Shown here piece after piece: positions 8,048 through 16,925 of a DNA stretch of 56,682 bases. Made by a program: the position numbers and the translations under genes. A model generated the notes under the pieces. It saw nothing but the letters and a program-made list of their open reading frames with translations. It searched no databases and was not told the origin of the DNA. The stretch comes from Deltaproteobacteria bacterium. GTDB taxonomy: Bacteria; Desulfobacterota; Binatia; UBA12015. The stretch lies in NCBI GenBank assembly GCA_046583355.1, contig JAYGCM010000070.1, forward strand, positions 1 through 56,682, given 5' to 3'. The first letter of the stretch is position 1; the number at the start of each line of letters is the position of its first letter.

Positions 8048-10045
8048 TCAATCTTCGGCCTCAAGGCGAAGCTGCGGCAGCAACTCGTCGGGGATATCCT
8101 GGAGAAAACGTGAAGGCTGGGCCGCAATAAATCCCCCCAGGGCGCGGTCCTGCACTTCAACCGGGTAGCAGAGGTAGAGGTTCTCCTCGGCGCGGGTACA
8201 GGCCACGTAGAGCAACCGGCGTTCTTCTTCGATGTCACCATCGTCGAGCGCGTAGATCGAGGGCAGCCGGCCGTCGAGCATCGAGATGACGAACACGGAA
8301 TGCCATTCGAGCCCCTTGGCCGAGTGGATGGTCGAGAGGACGAGCTTGCCCTCATCCTCGCGACCGAGCGCCACCGCACCGCCAACCGCATCGGCCGGTG
8401 GCTCAAGCGCCAGGTCCGAGAGCATCTCCTGGAGCGATTCGAAGCGCTCGGCGAGAATGGCGAATTGCTCCAGGTCACGGCTGCGCTTCGGTGCATCGTC
8501 GCGGTGCACGCGCTCCAGGATGGGCTGGTAATGCTCGAGGATCTGGTCGACCAGATGCGCCGGGCGACTCCGGGCGGCATCGATGGTGGCAAAGAAGGCC
8601 CCGAGACGCTGGATCGCGCCAATGGCCGAGCGCCGCAGCCCGCGCTCGCCTTCGTATTGCGCGAGCTCCGCCGGCGCCCGACCCGAGACGCCGAGCCAAT
8701 CGAGCGCGTGCCCTGCGGCCTTGGCACCGACGCCTTCGAGAAGCAGCAGCAGACGCCCCCAGGCAACCGAGTCGCGTGGGTTCTCGAGCACGCGCAGGTA
8801 GGCCAGCACATCCTTCACATGCGAGGTCTCGAGGAAACGGAAGCCGCCGCGCTTCACATACTCGATGCCGGCGCGGGTCAACTCCAATTCGAGGTCGAAG
8901 GAATGGTTCGACGAGCGGAAGAGCACAGCGATGCGGTCGAGCGGCACACCCTCCTCGCAGAGTTCCAGGATACGCTGACGGATGAAGAGGCTCTGCCAAT
9001 GCTCGTCGGGTGCCGGCACCAGCAGCGGCGGCTCCCCTTCCAGACGTTTGGTGAACAGGGTCTTCTCGTGGCGCTGCTTCGAGGCCTCGATGATGGCATT
9101 AGTCAGGTCCAGAATCGGCTGCGTCGAGCGGTAATTCTCCTCGAGGCGGATCGTCCGGGTGCGGGTATGTTCCTCGGGGAAGCGCAGAATATTCTCGACG
9201 TCGGCACCGCGGAAGCCGTAGATCGATTGCGCATCATCGCCCACCACCATCAGGTTGCCGTCGCGCCCGGCCAGTAGCGAGACGATACGCGCCTGGAGAT
9301 GGTTGGTGTCCTGATATTCGTCGACCATCACGTAGCGATAGAGCGCGCGTAGCCGCTCGCGCAGCTCGTCGTTCTCCTCAAGACGCCGGCAGAGGTGCAC
9401 CAACAGGTCGTCGTAATCGAGCAGGCTGCGTTCGACCTTATAATCTTCATAGGCCTGCCGGCAGCGCTGAATATCTTTCAGGTCATCGAAAAGATGGGGG
9501 TACTCGAGCTCGAGCAATTCCTCGAGCGGAATGCCGCGGTTGATGCTGCTGCTGAAGAGTGTCGAGAGCGTGCGCTTGCGCGGGAAGCGCCGCTCGCGGG
9601 AGTCAAGCCCGAGGCGCGCACGCATCAACTGAATCGTGTCTTCGGAGTCGCCGCGGTCGAGAATGCTGAAACGCTCGGGCCAGCCATAGAGTGGCGCATA
9701 GCGACGCAGGACCAGGTTGGCGAAGGAATGGAAGGTGCCGCCCGTCACGCTCTCGAGCCCGACATTGCCGAGCAGCGCCTCGGCGCGGCGCAACATCTCT
9801 TGTGCGGCGCGCCGGGTGAAGGTGAGAATCAGGATCGACTTGCCGGGCACCCCACTCTCGACCAGACGCGCCACTCGGTAGACCAGAGTGCGGGTTTTGC
9901 CGGTCCCCGCGCCAGCCACCACCAGCACGGGCCCGTCCACTACCGTAGCGGCCTCGAATTGGGCCTCGTTCAGCTCGTCGCGGTAATCGATCTTGTAGAG
10001 CGGCCCGCCGCTGGTCTCGCGGCGGATGGTATACTTTCGCGCCAT
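8048..10045 (-). CDS. UvrD/PcrA/Rep-family ATP-dependent DNA helicase
   Basis: AGAGTGKT, DEYQD, VGDDAQSIYGFRGA, NYRS, TIHSAKGLEW, EERRLLYVACTRA. Confidence 0.93.
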   Translation of the reverse strand: MARKYTIRRETSGGPLYKIDYRDELNEAQFEAATVVDGPVLVVAGAGTGKTRTLVYRVARLVESGVPGKSILILTFTRRAAQEMLRRAEALLGNVGLESVTGGTFHSFANLVLRRYAPLYGWPERFSILDRGDSEDTIQLMRARLGLDSRERRFPRKRTLSTLFSSSINRGIPLEELLELEYPHLFDDLKDIQRCRQAYEDYKVERSLLDYDDLLVHLCRRLEENDELRERLRALYRYVMVDEYQDTNHLQARIVSLLAGRDGNLMVVGDDAQSIYGFRGADVENILRFPEEHTRTRTIRLEENYRSTQPILDLTNAIIEASKQRHEKTLFTKRLEGEPPLLVPAPDEHWQSLFIRQRILELCEEGVPLDRIAVLFRSSNHSFDLELELTRAGIEYVKRGGFRFLETSHVKDVLAYLRVLENPRDSVAWGRLLLLLEGVGAKAAGHALDWLGVSGRAPAELAQYEGERGLRRSAIGAIQRLGAFFATIDAARSRPAHLVDQILEHYQPILERVHRDDAPKRSRDLEQFAILAERFESLQEMLSDLALEPPADAVGGAVALGREDEGKLVLSTIHSAKGLEWHSVFVISMLDGRLPSIYALDDGDIEEERRLLYVACTRAEENLYLCYPVEVQDRALGGFIAAQPSRFLQDIPDELLPQLRLEAED

Positions 10046-10170
10046 CGTCCGTCGGCAGTACTATGCCATGCCCCGCGGCACCATGACGGCGACCGCACGA
10101 AGGGAGCCGGCGCCCGGCCCGCCCCGTGCAGCGGATGACAGACGGCGGGCTGCATGGCATGTTTTGTCGC

Positions 10171-10485
10171 ATGTCTGATGAAACCACGCGCCGCACGCCC
10201 CGCCCGATGAATGTTCAGGTCGACCCGCAGGTCGCACCCGGCGTCTATGCGAATATGATGATGATCACGCACCGCCCCGAGGAGTTCGTGCTCGACTTCC
10301 TCTTCGCACCGCCGCAGACGCCTGACGTAAAAGAGCAGGTCGCCCTGCTGCGCTCGCGCGTCATCGTGGCGCCGGCGCATGTGAAGCGGATTCTGCGCGC
10401 GCTCGAAGAGAACGTGCGCCGCTACGAGGCGAACTTCGGTACGATTGCGGACGGTTCCGGGAACCAGCAGCCCACCCTGCAATAG
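10171..10485 (+). CDS. DUF3467-like protein
   Basis: GVYAN....H..EEF.LDF...SRVI..P.H.K.....L..N...YE..FG pattern; start codon uncertain. Confidence 0.75.
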   Translation: MSDETTRRTPRPMNVQVDPQVAPGVYANMMMITHRPEEFVLDFLFAPPQTPDVKEQVALLRSRVIVAPAHVKRILRALEENVRRYEANFGTIADGSGNQQPTLQ

Positions 10486-10497
10486 AGCGTTGCGACG

Positions 10498-10743
10498 ATG
10501 GAGACCGGAGACGAGAGCCAGGCTGCGGCGGAGACGATGGACCTCCGCGGCGTGAAATGCCCGCTCAATTGGGCCCGCGCCAAGGTACGCCTGGAAGAGA
10601 TGCCCACGCGCGCGCGCCTTCGGCTCACCGTTGACGACCCGCAGGCAGTGCGCGATATTCCACGCGCCGCCGAAGCGCACGGCTATTCCCTGGTCGAGAT
10701 CCAGCAGCACGACGCTGCCTGGACCATCGAGATCGAGCGCTGA
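10498..10743 (+). CDS. TusA/SirA-family sulfur carrier protein
   Basis: DLRGVKCP motif and DDP...DIP; 81 aa. Confidence 0.85.
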   Translation: METGDESQAAAETMDLRGVKCPLNWARAKVRLEEMPTRARLRLTVDDPQAVRDIPRAAEAHGYSLVEIQQHDAAWTIEIER

Positions 10744-10754
10744 GCCCACCTGCC

Positions 10755-11591
10755 ATGAATGCCACACCTGATAACGTTGCCGGGCGCACCTTCACGACAC
10801 GTGAAATTGCCCGCCTTGCCCGGCTCAGTTCGGCGCGGGTACGTCGCTGCGTTCATGCCGGATTCCTGCATCCGCGCCGCGGTCCACGCCGCCGCTTCGA
10901 ATACGACCTGAGCGACCTCCTGGTGCTGCGCGCCACGCGCAGGCTCCTCGATGCCAAACTATCGCCGCGCCGAATCGCCGAGTTGGTCGAGGACATCCGC
11001 AGCCAATTGCCCGGCGACCGCGGCGTTGCGAGTGTCTCACTCTCGGTCGACGGCGAGCGCGTCATCATCGCCGACGGCAAGCGCCGCTGGCTCGACGACG
11101 GCCAATTGCTGCTCGGCTTCGGCCGCCCACCCGAGCGCCGCCCGGTCGAGACGATCCCCAGCGCCGAGGACGACCGCGCGGCATACCGCGCCTTCAGCCG
11201 CGGCCTGGAACTGGAGCGCACATCGACCAACGCCGCCACGGCCGCCTACCGCGAAGCCATCGATCTCGACCCCAGCGCCGTGCCCGCCTACGTGAACCTC
11301 GGCCGCCTGGAGCACGAGCGCGGCGCCCACAAACGCGCCGAGTCCCTCTACCAGCAGGCGCTGCGCCTCGACCCAGAAGAGCGCACGGCCCTCTTCAACC
11401 TGGCCGTCCTCAGCGAAGACCAGGGCGACTCACCCGGCGCCATTCGCCGCTACGCCCAACTCCTCGCCGTCGACCCCGACCATATCGACGGCCACCATTG
11501 CCTCGCCCGCCTGCACGCGCGCCTCGGCAACCAAGAAGAGTCGCGCCGCCACACCCGCCTCTGCCGCATGCTGCTGCGCAATCGTCGCTGA
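10755..11591 (+). CDS. MerR-like HTH plus TPR-repeat protein
   Basis: N-terminal 'FTTREIARLA...Y...DL..LR' winged HTH; C-terminal TPRs (AYVNLG, ALFNLA). Confidence 0.75.
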   Translation: MNATPDNVAGRTFTTREIARLARLSSARVRRCVHAGFLHPRRGPRRRFEYDLSDLLVLRATRRLLDAKLSPRRIAELVEDIRSQLPGDRGVASVSLSVDGERVIIADGKRRWLDDGQLLLGFGRPPERRPVETIPSAEDDRAAYRAFSRGLELERTSTNAATAAYREAIDLDPSAVPAYVNLGRLEHERGAHKRAESLYQQALRLDPEERTALFNLAVLSEDQGDSPGAIRRYAQLLAVDPDHIDGHHCLARLHARLGNQEESRRHTRLCRMLLRNRR

Positions 11592-11710
11592 GCCGGCATT
11601 CGAGCGCTCCTTCCAGCCGCGTTGGCGCCGCGACGAAATGGTCTTCATTGCAATACGGCGCCACTGATGCTGGCCGGTTTCGCGGTCTATGAAGATGGCT
11701 GCGGAGGAAA

Positions 11711-13243
11711 ATGATGGCTGCATTTGTACGATCCTGCGTCCTCTCGGGCGTCGACGCCTCGTTGGTCGAGATTGAAGTTGATCTCAGCGGCGGGTTGCCC
11801 AAAACCGTGTTGGTCGGGCTTGCCGGCAACGCCGTGCGCGAGGGACTCGAGCGGGTCGAAATCGCACTTAAAAGCATAGCTGACAACCTTCTTACAAGCC
11901 GTACCACCGTCAACCTCGCGCCGGCCCATCTTCGCAAAGAAGGCGGGTCGTTCGACCTCGGGATGGCGCTCGCCATTCTGGCCGCGCATGGCAAGGTGCC
12001 CAAGGAGACGCTCCAACGCTTTGTCGTGGCCGGCGAATTGGGCCTCGACGGCACCCTCCGGCCGATCCACGGCGCATTGGTCGTCGCTCTGGCAACCCGC
12101 CGCGCGCGCTTGCCCGCCCTGCTGGTACCGCGCGAGAACGCTGCCGAGGCGGCCTTGGTGAGCGGAATCGATGTCTTCGCCCCGGCCGATCTCGCCGAAG
12201 CGGTCGCACTCTTGAATGGCAAATCCGACCTGAAGCCCGTGCGCAGCTCGCAGCGCGCCCTTCTCGAAAAGGCACCGGAGGAAGACGTCGATCTATCCGA
12301 CGTGCGCGGCCAGTTGCTTGCGCGGCGCGCACTCGAGATCGCCGCCGCCGGCGGCCACAACCTTCTCTTCATCGGCCCGCCCGGCTCGGGCAAGACCATG
12401 CTGGCGCGCCGCCTGGCCGGAATTCTGCCGCCGCTGAAATGGGAAGAAGCGCTCGAGGCAACGGCCGTCCATAGTGTCGCCGGCCTGCTCGGCGACCGCT
12501 CGCTGGTGACCTCGCGACCGATCCGCGCGCCGCACCATACGGCCTCGGATGTCGCGATGGTCGGAGGCGGTCGGCCCATCCGCCCCGGCGAGCTCGCCTT
12601 GGCCCACCGCGGGGTTCTTTTTCTTGACGAGTTGCCCGAGTTCTCCGCAACCGCGCTCGAAGCCCTGCGTCAGCCGCTGGAGGAACGCAATGTGCTGATC
12701 ACGCGGGTCGGCCAAAGCTGCGCCTTTCCCGCCGACCTCACCCTGGTCGCCGCGATGAACCCCTGCCCCTGTGGCTACATGGGGGACCCCTTGCACTCCT
12801 GTACCTGCGCCGAGTCCGAGCGCCGCCGCTACCGCAACCGACTCTCCGGCCCCCTGCTCGACCGCATCGACCTGCATGTCGAGGTCCCCGCGCTGCCATG
12901 GAAGGACCTCAAGGCCGAGGACTCCGGCGAGTCCTCGGCCGAGGTACGCGTACGCGTCGTCGAGGCCCGGCGGCGGCAACGCCAACGGCGCAAACGCGCG
13001 AACCTCTGGACCAACGCCGCTCTACCCGCACGTGGCCTGGAGAAGCATTGCCAGCTCGACGCAGCCTCACGTGCCCGTCTTGAGATGGCCGTGGAGCGCT
13101 TCGGCCTCTCGGCCCGCGCCTACGGCCGCATCCTGCGCGTCTCGCGCACCATCGCCGACCTCGCCGGCCACGCAGACGTCATGGAAAACGACCTCGCCGA
13201 GGCCATCCAATACCGCCGCGCCGACCGCGTCGAACCGCCCTAG
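11711..13243 (+). CDS. comM: ComM/YifB Mg-chelatase-like AAA+ ATPase
   Basis: VNLAPA..RKEG..FDL, GPPGSGKT, PHHT, LFLDE, AAMNPCPCG, SGPLLDRIDL, LSARAY.RILRV.RTIADL. Confidence 0.95.
   Translation: MMAAFVRSCVLSGVDASLVEIEVDLSGGLPKTVLVGLAGNAVREGLERVEIALKSIADNLLTSRTTVNLAPAHLRKEGGSFDLGMALAILAAHGKVPKETLQRFVVAGELGLDGTLRPIHGALVVALATRRARLPALLVPRENAAEAALVSGIDVFAPADLAEAVALLNGKSDLKPVRSSQRALLEKAPEEDVDLSDVRGQLLARRALEIAAAGGHNLLFIGPPGSGKTMLARRLAGILPPLKWEEALEATAVHSVAGLLGDRSLVTSRPIRAPHHTASDVAMVGGGRPIRPGELALAHRGVLFLDELPEFSATALEALRQPLEERNVLITRVGQSCAFPADLTLVAAMNPCPCGYMGDPLHSCTCAESERRRYRNRLSGPLLDRIDLHVEVPALPWKDLKAEDSGESSAEVRVRVVEARRRQRQRRKRANLWTNAALPARGLEKHCQLDAASRARLEMAVERFGLSARAYGRILRVSRTIADLAGHADVMENDLAEAIQYRRADRVEPP
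13126..13241 (+). repeat. Direct repeat copy 1 (3' end of comM)
   Basis: 114/116 identical to 15441-15556. Confidence 0.95.
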
Positions 13244-13313
13244 ACGTCCCTTATGGGAGGGTTGGAACACCGAGAACCGGGAGCATGGTATTGTCAGGCA
13301 CGAGGCATCAGGA

Positions 13314-13766
13314 ATGTCAGGAGCAAAAGAAGCCGCGCTGGGGCTTTTGAGGAGCCGAAAAGAGGCAGGAGGGTCCATAGACTGGCTGCAACAACGCCAA
13401 GAGTGGGTTCAGGATCTGGCGGAGCTGTACGCGCTACTCTCGGAATGGATGGGCGACGCCACGAGCGAAGACCTGCTCATCGTCAAAGAAGACTCCGTGG
13501 TCCTGACAGAGGAACACCTGGGTAAGTACCAAGCGCCCGCCCTCCGCATCGAACTCCCGGATTCATGCGTGCGGGTCCGCCCGGTTGGACGCCTCATCGT
13601 GGGAGCACAAGGTCGCGTTGACTTGGAGCGATCCCCCCGGAGGGTCACTCTTCTGCGCATGGGGCCCGGCGACTGGGCCGTGGCCTCGCTCGATACACGG
13701 CGCGATCCCCCCGAAAGCCTCACCCAGGAGACGTTCTGGAAGGCCTTCGAGGCTCTCATCCGATGA
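13314..13766 (+). CDS. Hypothetical protein (island cargo)
   Basis: 150-aa globular-looking ORF (MSGAKEAA...IDWLQQRQEW...GAQGRVDL...FWKAFEALIR) just after the comM stop. Confidence 0.65.
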   Translation: MSGAKEAALGLLRSRKEAGGSIDWLQQRQEWVQDLAELYALLSEWMGDATSEDLLIVKEDSVVLTEEHLGKYQAPALRIELPDSCVRVRPVGRLIVGAQGRVDLERSPRRVTLLRMGPGDWAVASLDTRRDPPESLTQETFWKAFEALIR

Positions 13767-13837
13767 GCGTGAAATACCGCGTGACACTGGCCGGAGACCA
13801 TCCGAGCCCGGACGATATCCTCGACCACTTTCGGTGA
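13763..13837 (+). pseudogene. Possible truncated remnant of a translationally coupled partner gene
   Basis: ATGA overlap with the upstream stop; only 24 codons (MSVKYRVTLAGDHPSPDDILDHFR). Confidence 0.3.
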
Positions 13838-13931
13838 TCGTCAAGCAGCTGCCGCGTCATCGATCATGCGGAAGCTAGCTTGACACTCACCGGTCGCGGC
13901 TCACAGTACTCAGGGAGCTGAATTGCGTGCT

Positions 13932-15320
13932 ATGAACGAGCGTATGGCGTCGCCGCGTTCTGGTCTCCTCCGACTCATGGTTCTGCTTTTCTGGATCGCC
14001 GCGCGCTCCGCTTTCGCGAGTGAATCGAACGGCCCGTCGGAGGCGCCATCTTCCTGGCCCGACAGCAATGTGATCCTGGTCTCGATCGACACGCTGCGCC
14101 CCGACCACCTCGGCGCCTACGGCTACGACAAGCCCACGAGCCCGCACCTCGACGAGATCGCACGCGAGGGAGTTCTCTTCCGAAATGCGGTGGCGCCCTC
14201 GCCCACCACCTTGCCTTCACATACCTCGCTCTTCACAGGGCTCTCGCCGAGCTCCCACGGCGTCGTCGTAAGCCAGGGGAGGAAGGCCCCCCCCGAGCTG
14301 GTCACGATGGCCGAGGTGCTCTCGGCACAGGGCTACACGACGGCTTCGGTGAACGACGGCGTCTACCTCGGCGCTCGCTTTGGCCTCGGGCAGGGGTTTT
14401 CACATTTCGAGCAAGTGCATGATTCGGTCGGGCGCAAAGCTAAGCAATCGACGCGGCTGACCGACCGCGTGGCGCGTGCCTTCACCTGGCTTGATCAGGC
14501 CAAGCCGAAGCGGTTTTTCCTCTTCGTCCACTCCTATGAGGTGCACATACCGCTGACTCCGCCGGTTGAGACTCTCTCCATGTTCGAGGAGGCATACGAC
14601 GGCCCCTTGGGCGATACGATCCTGACCGGAGAGTGGTTCGAGCAGGCGAACACGACGAAAGACCCGGCTGATATCCAGCATTGGATTCGCCTCTACGATG
14701 CGTCCATTCGATCTGCGGATGCGGGCTTCGGCGCGCTGGTGCGCGGGCTGCGCGAGCGGGGGCTTTACGACGATAGCTTGATCATCGTCGTCTCGGACCA
14801 CGGTGAAGAGCTCGGCGAACGGACCGGACTCTCGCTGCACGGAAACACCCTCTTCGACGAAGCGCTGCGCATCCCGCTACTGGTGAAGTTCCCGGGTGGC
14901 GAGTTCGCCGGGCGCGTGGTCGACGACCAGGTGCGCCTGATCGACGTATTCCCGACCGTCCTCGCCGCGCTTGGCCTCGAGAGCCGGAAGGGCATCGACG
15001 GCAGAAGCCTTCTTCCTACGCTTAGGGCGGACGAGGGCGAACGGCCTGCCGTAAGCGTCACCGAGGAAAACCAGGCCGCCCTACGCATGCCACCGTGGAA
15101 ACTCTACCGCCGCGGCAGCGCAGTGACGCTCTTCAACCTCGAAGACGACCCGGGAGAGCGGCGCGACGTCGCCGACGAGCATCCAGAGGTCGTGGAGTCG
15201 CTCGGCATACGGCTGAAAGAGCTGACCACGGAAGACGCCGATCAGCTCCAGCGGGCACGTCGCAAGAAACTCAGCAAAAACACGCGGGAGCAGCTCCGCG
15301 CCCTCGGCTACGTCGAGTAG
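13932..15320 (+). CDS. Exported sulfatase-like hydrolase (alkaline phosphatase superfamily)
   Basis: Signal peptide, [40 protein letters not shown]-terminus. Confidence 0.88.
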   Translation: MNERMASPRSGLLRLMVLLFWIAARSAFASESNGPSEAPSSWPDSNVILVSIDTLRPDHLGAYGYDKPTSPHLDEIAREGVLFRNAVAPSPTTLPSHTSLFTGLSPSSHGVVVSQGRKAPPELVTMAEVLSAQGYTTASVNDGVYLGARFGLGQGFSHFEQVHDSVGRKAKQSTRLTDRVARAFTWLDQAKPKRFFLFVHSYEVHIPLTPPVETLSMFEEAYDGPLGDTILTGEWFEQANTTKDPADIQHWIRLYDASIRSADAGFGALVRGLRERGLYDDSLIIVVSDHGEELGERTGLSLHGNTLFDEALRIPLLVKFPGGEFAGRVVDDQVRLIDVFPTVLAALGLESRKGIDGRSLLPTLRADEGERPAVSVTEENQAALRMPPWKLYRRGSAVTLFNLEDDPGERRDVADEHPEVVESLGIRLKELTTEDADQLQRARRKKLSKNTREQLRALGYVE

Positions 15321-15440
15321 ACCACCCCGCTCATCACCGCTTTTAAGGTCTCGAGACTCCGCTCTCGCCACCGCCCCCTCATCCACTCCGGCGAGCTTGG
15401 CATACCTCCTCCGAGAGGACCCCTGCGCTACCCGTGCCGC

Positions 15441-15561
15441 CCGCATCCTGCGCGTCTCGCGCACCATCGCCGACCTCGCCGGCCACGAAGACGTCATGGA
15501 GAACGACCTCGCCGAGGCCATCCAATACCGCCGCGCCGACCGCGTCGAACCGCCCTCATGA
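15441..15561 (+). repeat. Direct repeat copy 2: orphan duplicate of the comM 3' end (att-like)
   Basis: Encodes [39 protein letters not shown]; 2 substitutions relative to copy 1. Confidence 0.93.
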
Positions 15562-15613
15562 CACGACTGCGCGCAACCCGACTGCACCAGACGCACCTAT
15601 CGGGTGCCGGGGA

Positions 15614-15642
15614 TTGACACAACAACGTTATAGCGTCATTAT
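15614..15642 (+). promoter_or_regulatory. Sigma70-type promoter of the TA operon
   Basis: TTGACA-17 bp-CATTAT, ending 7 nt before GTG 15650. Confidence 0.55.
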
Positions 15643-15649
15643 GCTGCAA

Positions 15650-15883
15650 GTGAGCACTCTGACCAAACGAACAACGATTTATCTGGAGCCGGCCATCCAC
15701 AAGGCCCTGAGGCTGCAATCGGTCGACACTTCCCGATCGGTTTCCGATCTGGTCAACGACGCCCTTCGAGCGGAGCTCGCCGAGGACGCGGACGACTTGG
15801 CGGCCTTTGACGAGCGATCCCACGAACCAACCGTGGACTTCGAGACGTTCGTGAAAGATCTCAGGCGTAATGGGGCGATATAA
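15650..15883 (+). CDS. CopG/RHH-type antitoxin
   Basis: KRTTIYL...HKALRL.S....SVSDLVN.A RHH pattern and acidic C-terminus; overlaps the toxin start; start 15650 (GTG) or 15641. Confidence 0.8.
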   Translation: MSTLTKRTTIYLEPAIHKALRLQSVDTSRSVSDLVNDALRAELAEDADDLAAFDERSHEPTVDFETFVKDLRRNGAI

Positions 15884-16127
15884 GATCGTCTTCAGCAGAC
15901 CGGTCGCAAAGGACTTCAAGAACATTCCACGGGCAGATGCCCGGCGCGTGCTCGCCGCCATCGAACGACTCGCCGAGGAACCCCGGCCGCGCGGCGCCAA
16001 GAAGCTCTCCGGCCAGGAACGCTATCGCATTCGTCAGGGAAACCTCCGCATACTCTACGCGATCGACGACGGCACTCTGATCATCACGGTGGTTCGCGTC
16101 CGAAACCGACGCGACGTCTACCGATAG
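15870..16127 (+). CDS. RelE/ParE-family type II toxin
   Basis: 85 aa, basic; PRPRGAKKLSG...YRIRQG.LRILY.IDD......V..RRDVY. Confidence 0.9.
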   Translation: MGRYKIVFSRPVAKDFKNIPRADARRVLAAIERLAEEPRPRGAKKLSGQERYRIRQGNLRILYAIDDGTLIITVVRVRNRRDVYR

Positions 16128-16243
16128 CGACCCGCGTCGCGTTATCGTACCCGGACCCGACGGCGCCGTGAGCCCAACCGGAGGCCATTTCTGTTGTGTT
16201 CCGGGGCCTCGCAGTCCTGCGCAATTGGGCTATACTGGCAGCG

Positions 16244-16753
16244 ATGCGAATCGAGCGCATTTTTCGGGCCCTGAAAGACGCCGATGCGCGCTACGTCGTG
16301 GTGGGTGGGCTCGCGGTTGTGGCGCACGGGTTCGCACGACTGACCGGCGACATCGACCTGGTCATCGACTCGGAGCCAGAGGCGGCTCGCCATGCGATCG
16401 CAACGCTTTGTTCGATCGGGTTTTCCCCCCGCGCGCCGATCGACCCGCTCGGCTTCGCCGATGCAGCTCAGCGAAAACGTTGGCTCGAAGAGAAAAACCT
16501 GCAAGTGTTGGCGCTGAGAGATCCGGACCAGCCGCTGGTCGAGATCGACCTCCTTGCCGACACAGCCGTCGACTTTGGCGACCTCTTCGCCGCGGCAAAG
16601 CTGCATACGATCGGCGAGACCTCGATCCGGATCGCCTCGATCGAGCATCTCATCACTACCAAGAAGGCCGCTGGTCGACCTCAGGATTGGATCGATATCG
16701 AAGCATTGGAAGCGCTTCGGAAGAAAGGGCCGGGCCGTGGCAGTCAAACCTGA
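16244..16753 (+). CDS. Nucleotidyltransferase-fold protein (DUF6036/AbiEii-like)
   Basis: YVVVGGLAV..HG..RLT.DIDL motif; C-terminal LI..KK.AGRPQD..DI..L. Confidence 0.8.
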   Translation: MRIERIFRALKDADARYVVVGGLAVVAHGFARLTGDIDLVIDSEPEAARHAIATLCSIGFSPRAPIDPLGFADAAQRKRWLEEKNLQVLALRDPDQPLVEIDLLADTAVDFGDLFAAAKLHTIGETSIRIASIEHLITTKKAAGRPQDWIDIEALEALRKKGPGRGSQT

Positions 16754-16925
16754 TACGTCCGGGACTGGCGGCAGCTTTGAGGAGACTCGCCAGCGCGCGT
16801 TGGTTCGCGGCCTGGAGGTCTCACTTCGCGAGCGTCTTGAATGGCTGGAGGAAGCCATTGAATTCGCCCACCAGACGGGTGCCCTTCCGCGGCCACGCGA
16901 CGAAGTCGGCAATATCCGCCGTTAG
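16737..16925 (+). CDS. Small hypothetical partner of the nucleotidyltransferase
   Basis: 62 aa overlapping the NTase end; 'S..ERL.WLEE' helical motif. Confidence 0.55.
   Translation: MAVKPDTSGTGGSFEETRQRALVRGLEVSLRERLEWLEEAIEFAHQTGALPRPRDEVGNIRR

Noticed and set aside
5864..8113. Long opposite-strand ORFs (e.g. 749 aa here, 750 aa at 25173-27425, 676 aa at 36034-38064, 465 aa at 2599-3996)
   Set aside because: Antisense shadows of well-supported genes, expected in high-GC DNA; no recognisable motifs
12771..13766. 331-aa ORF overlapping comM
   Set aside because: Only the part from ATG 13314 looks like a real protein; the rest is an alternate frame of comM
15434..15883. 149-aa ORF read as a single gene
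   Set aside because: Its N-terminal part is an off-frame reading of the comM duplicate; the antitoxin starts near 15650
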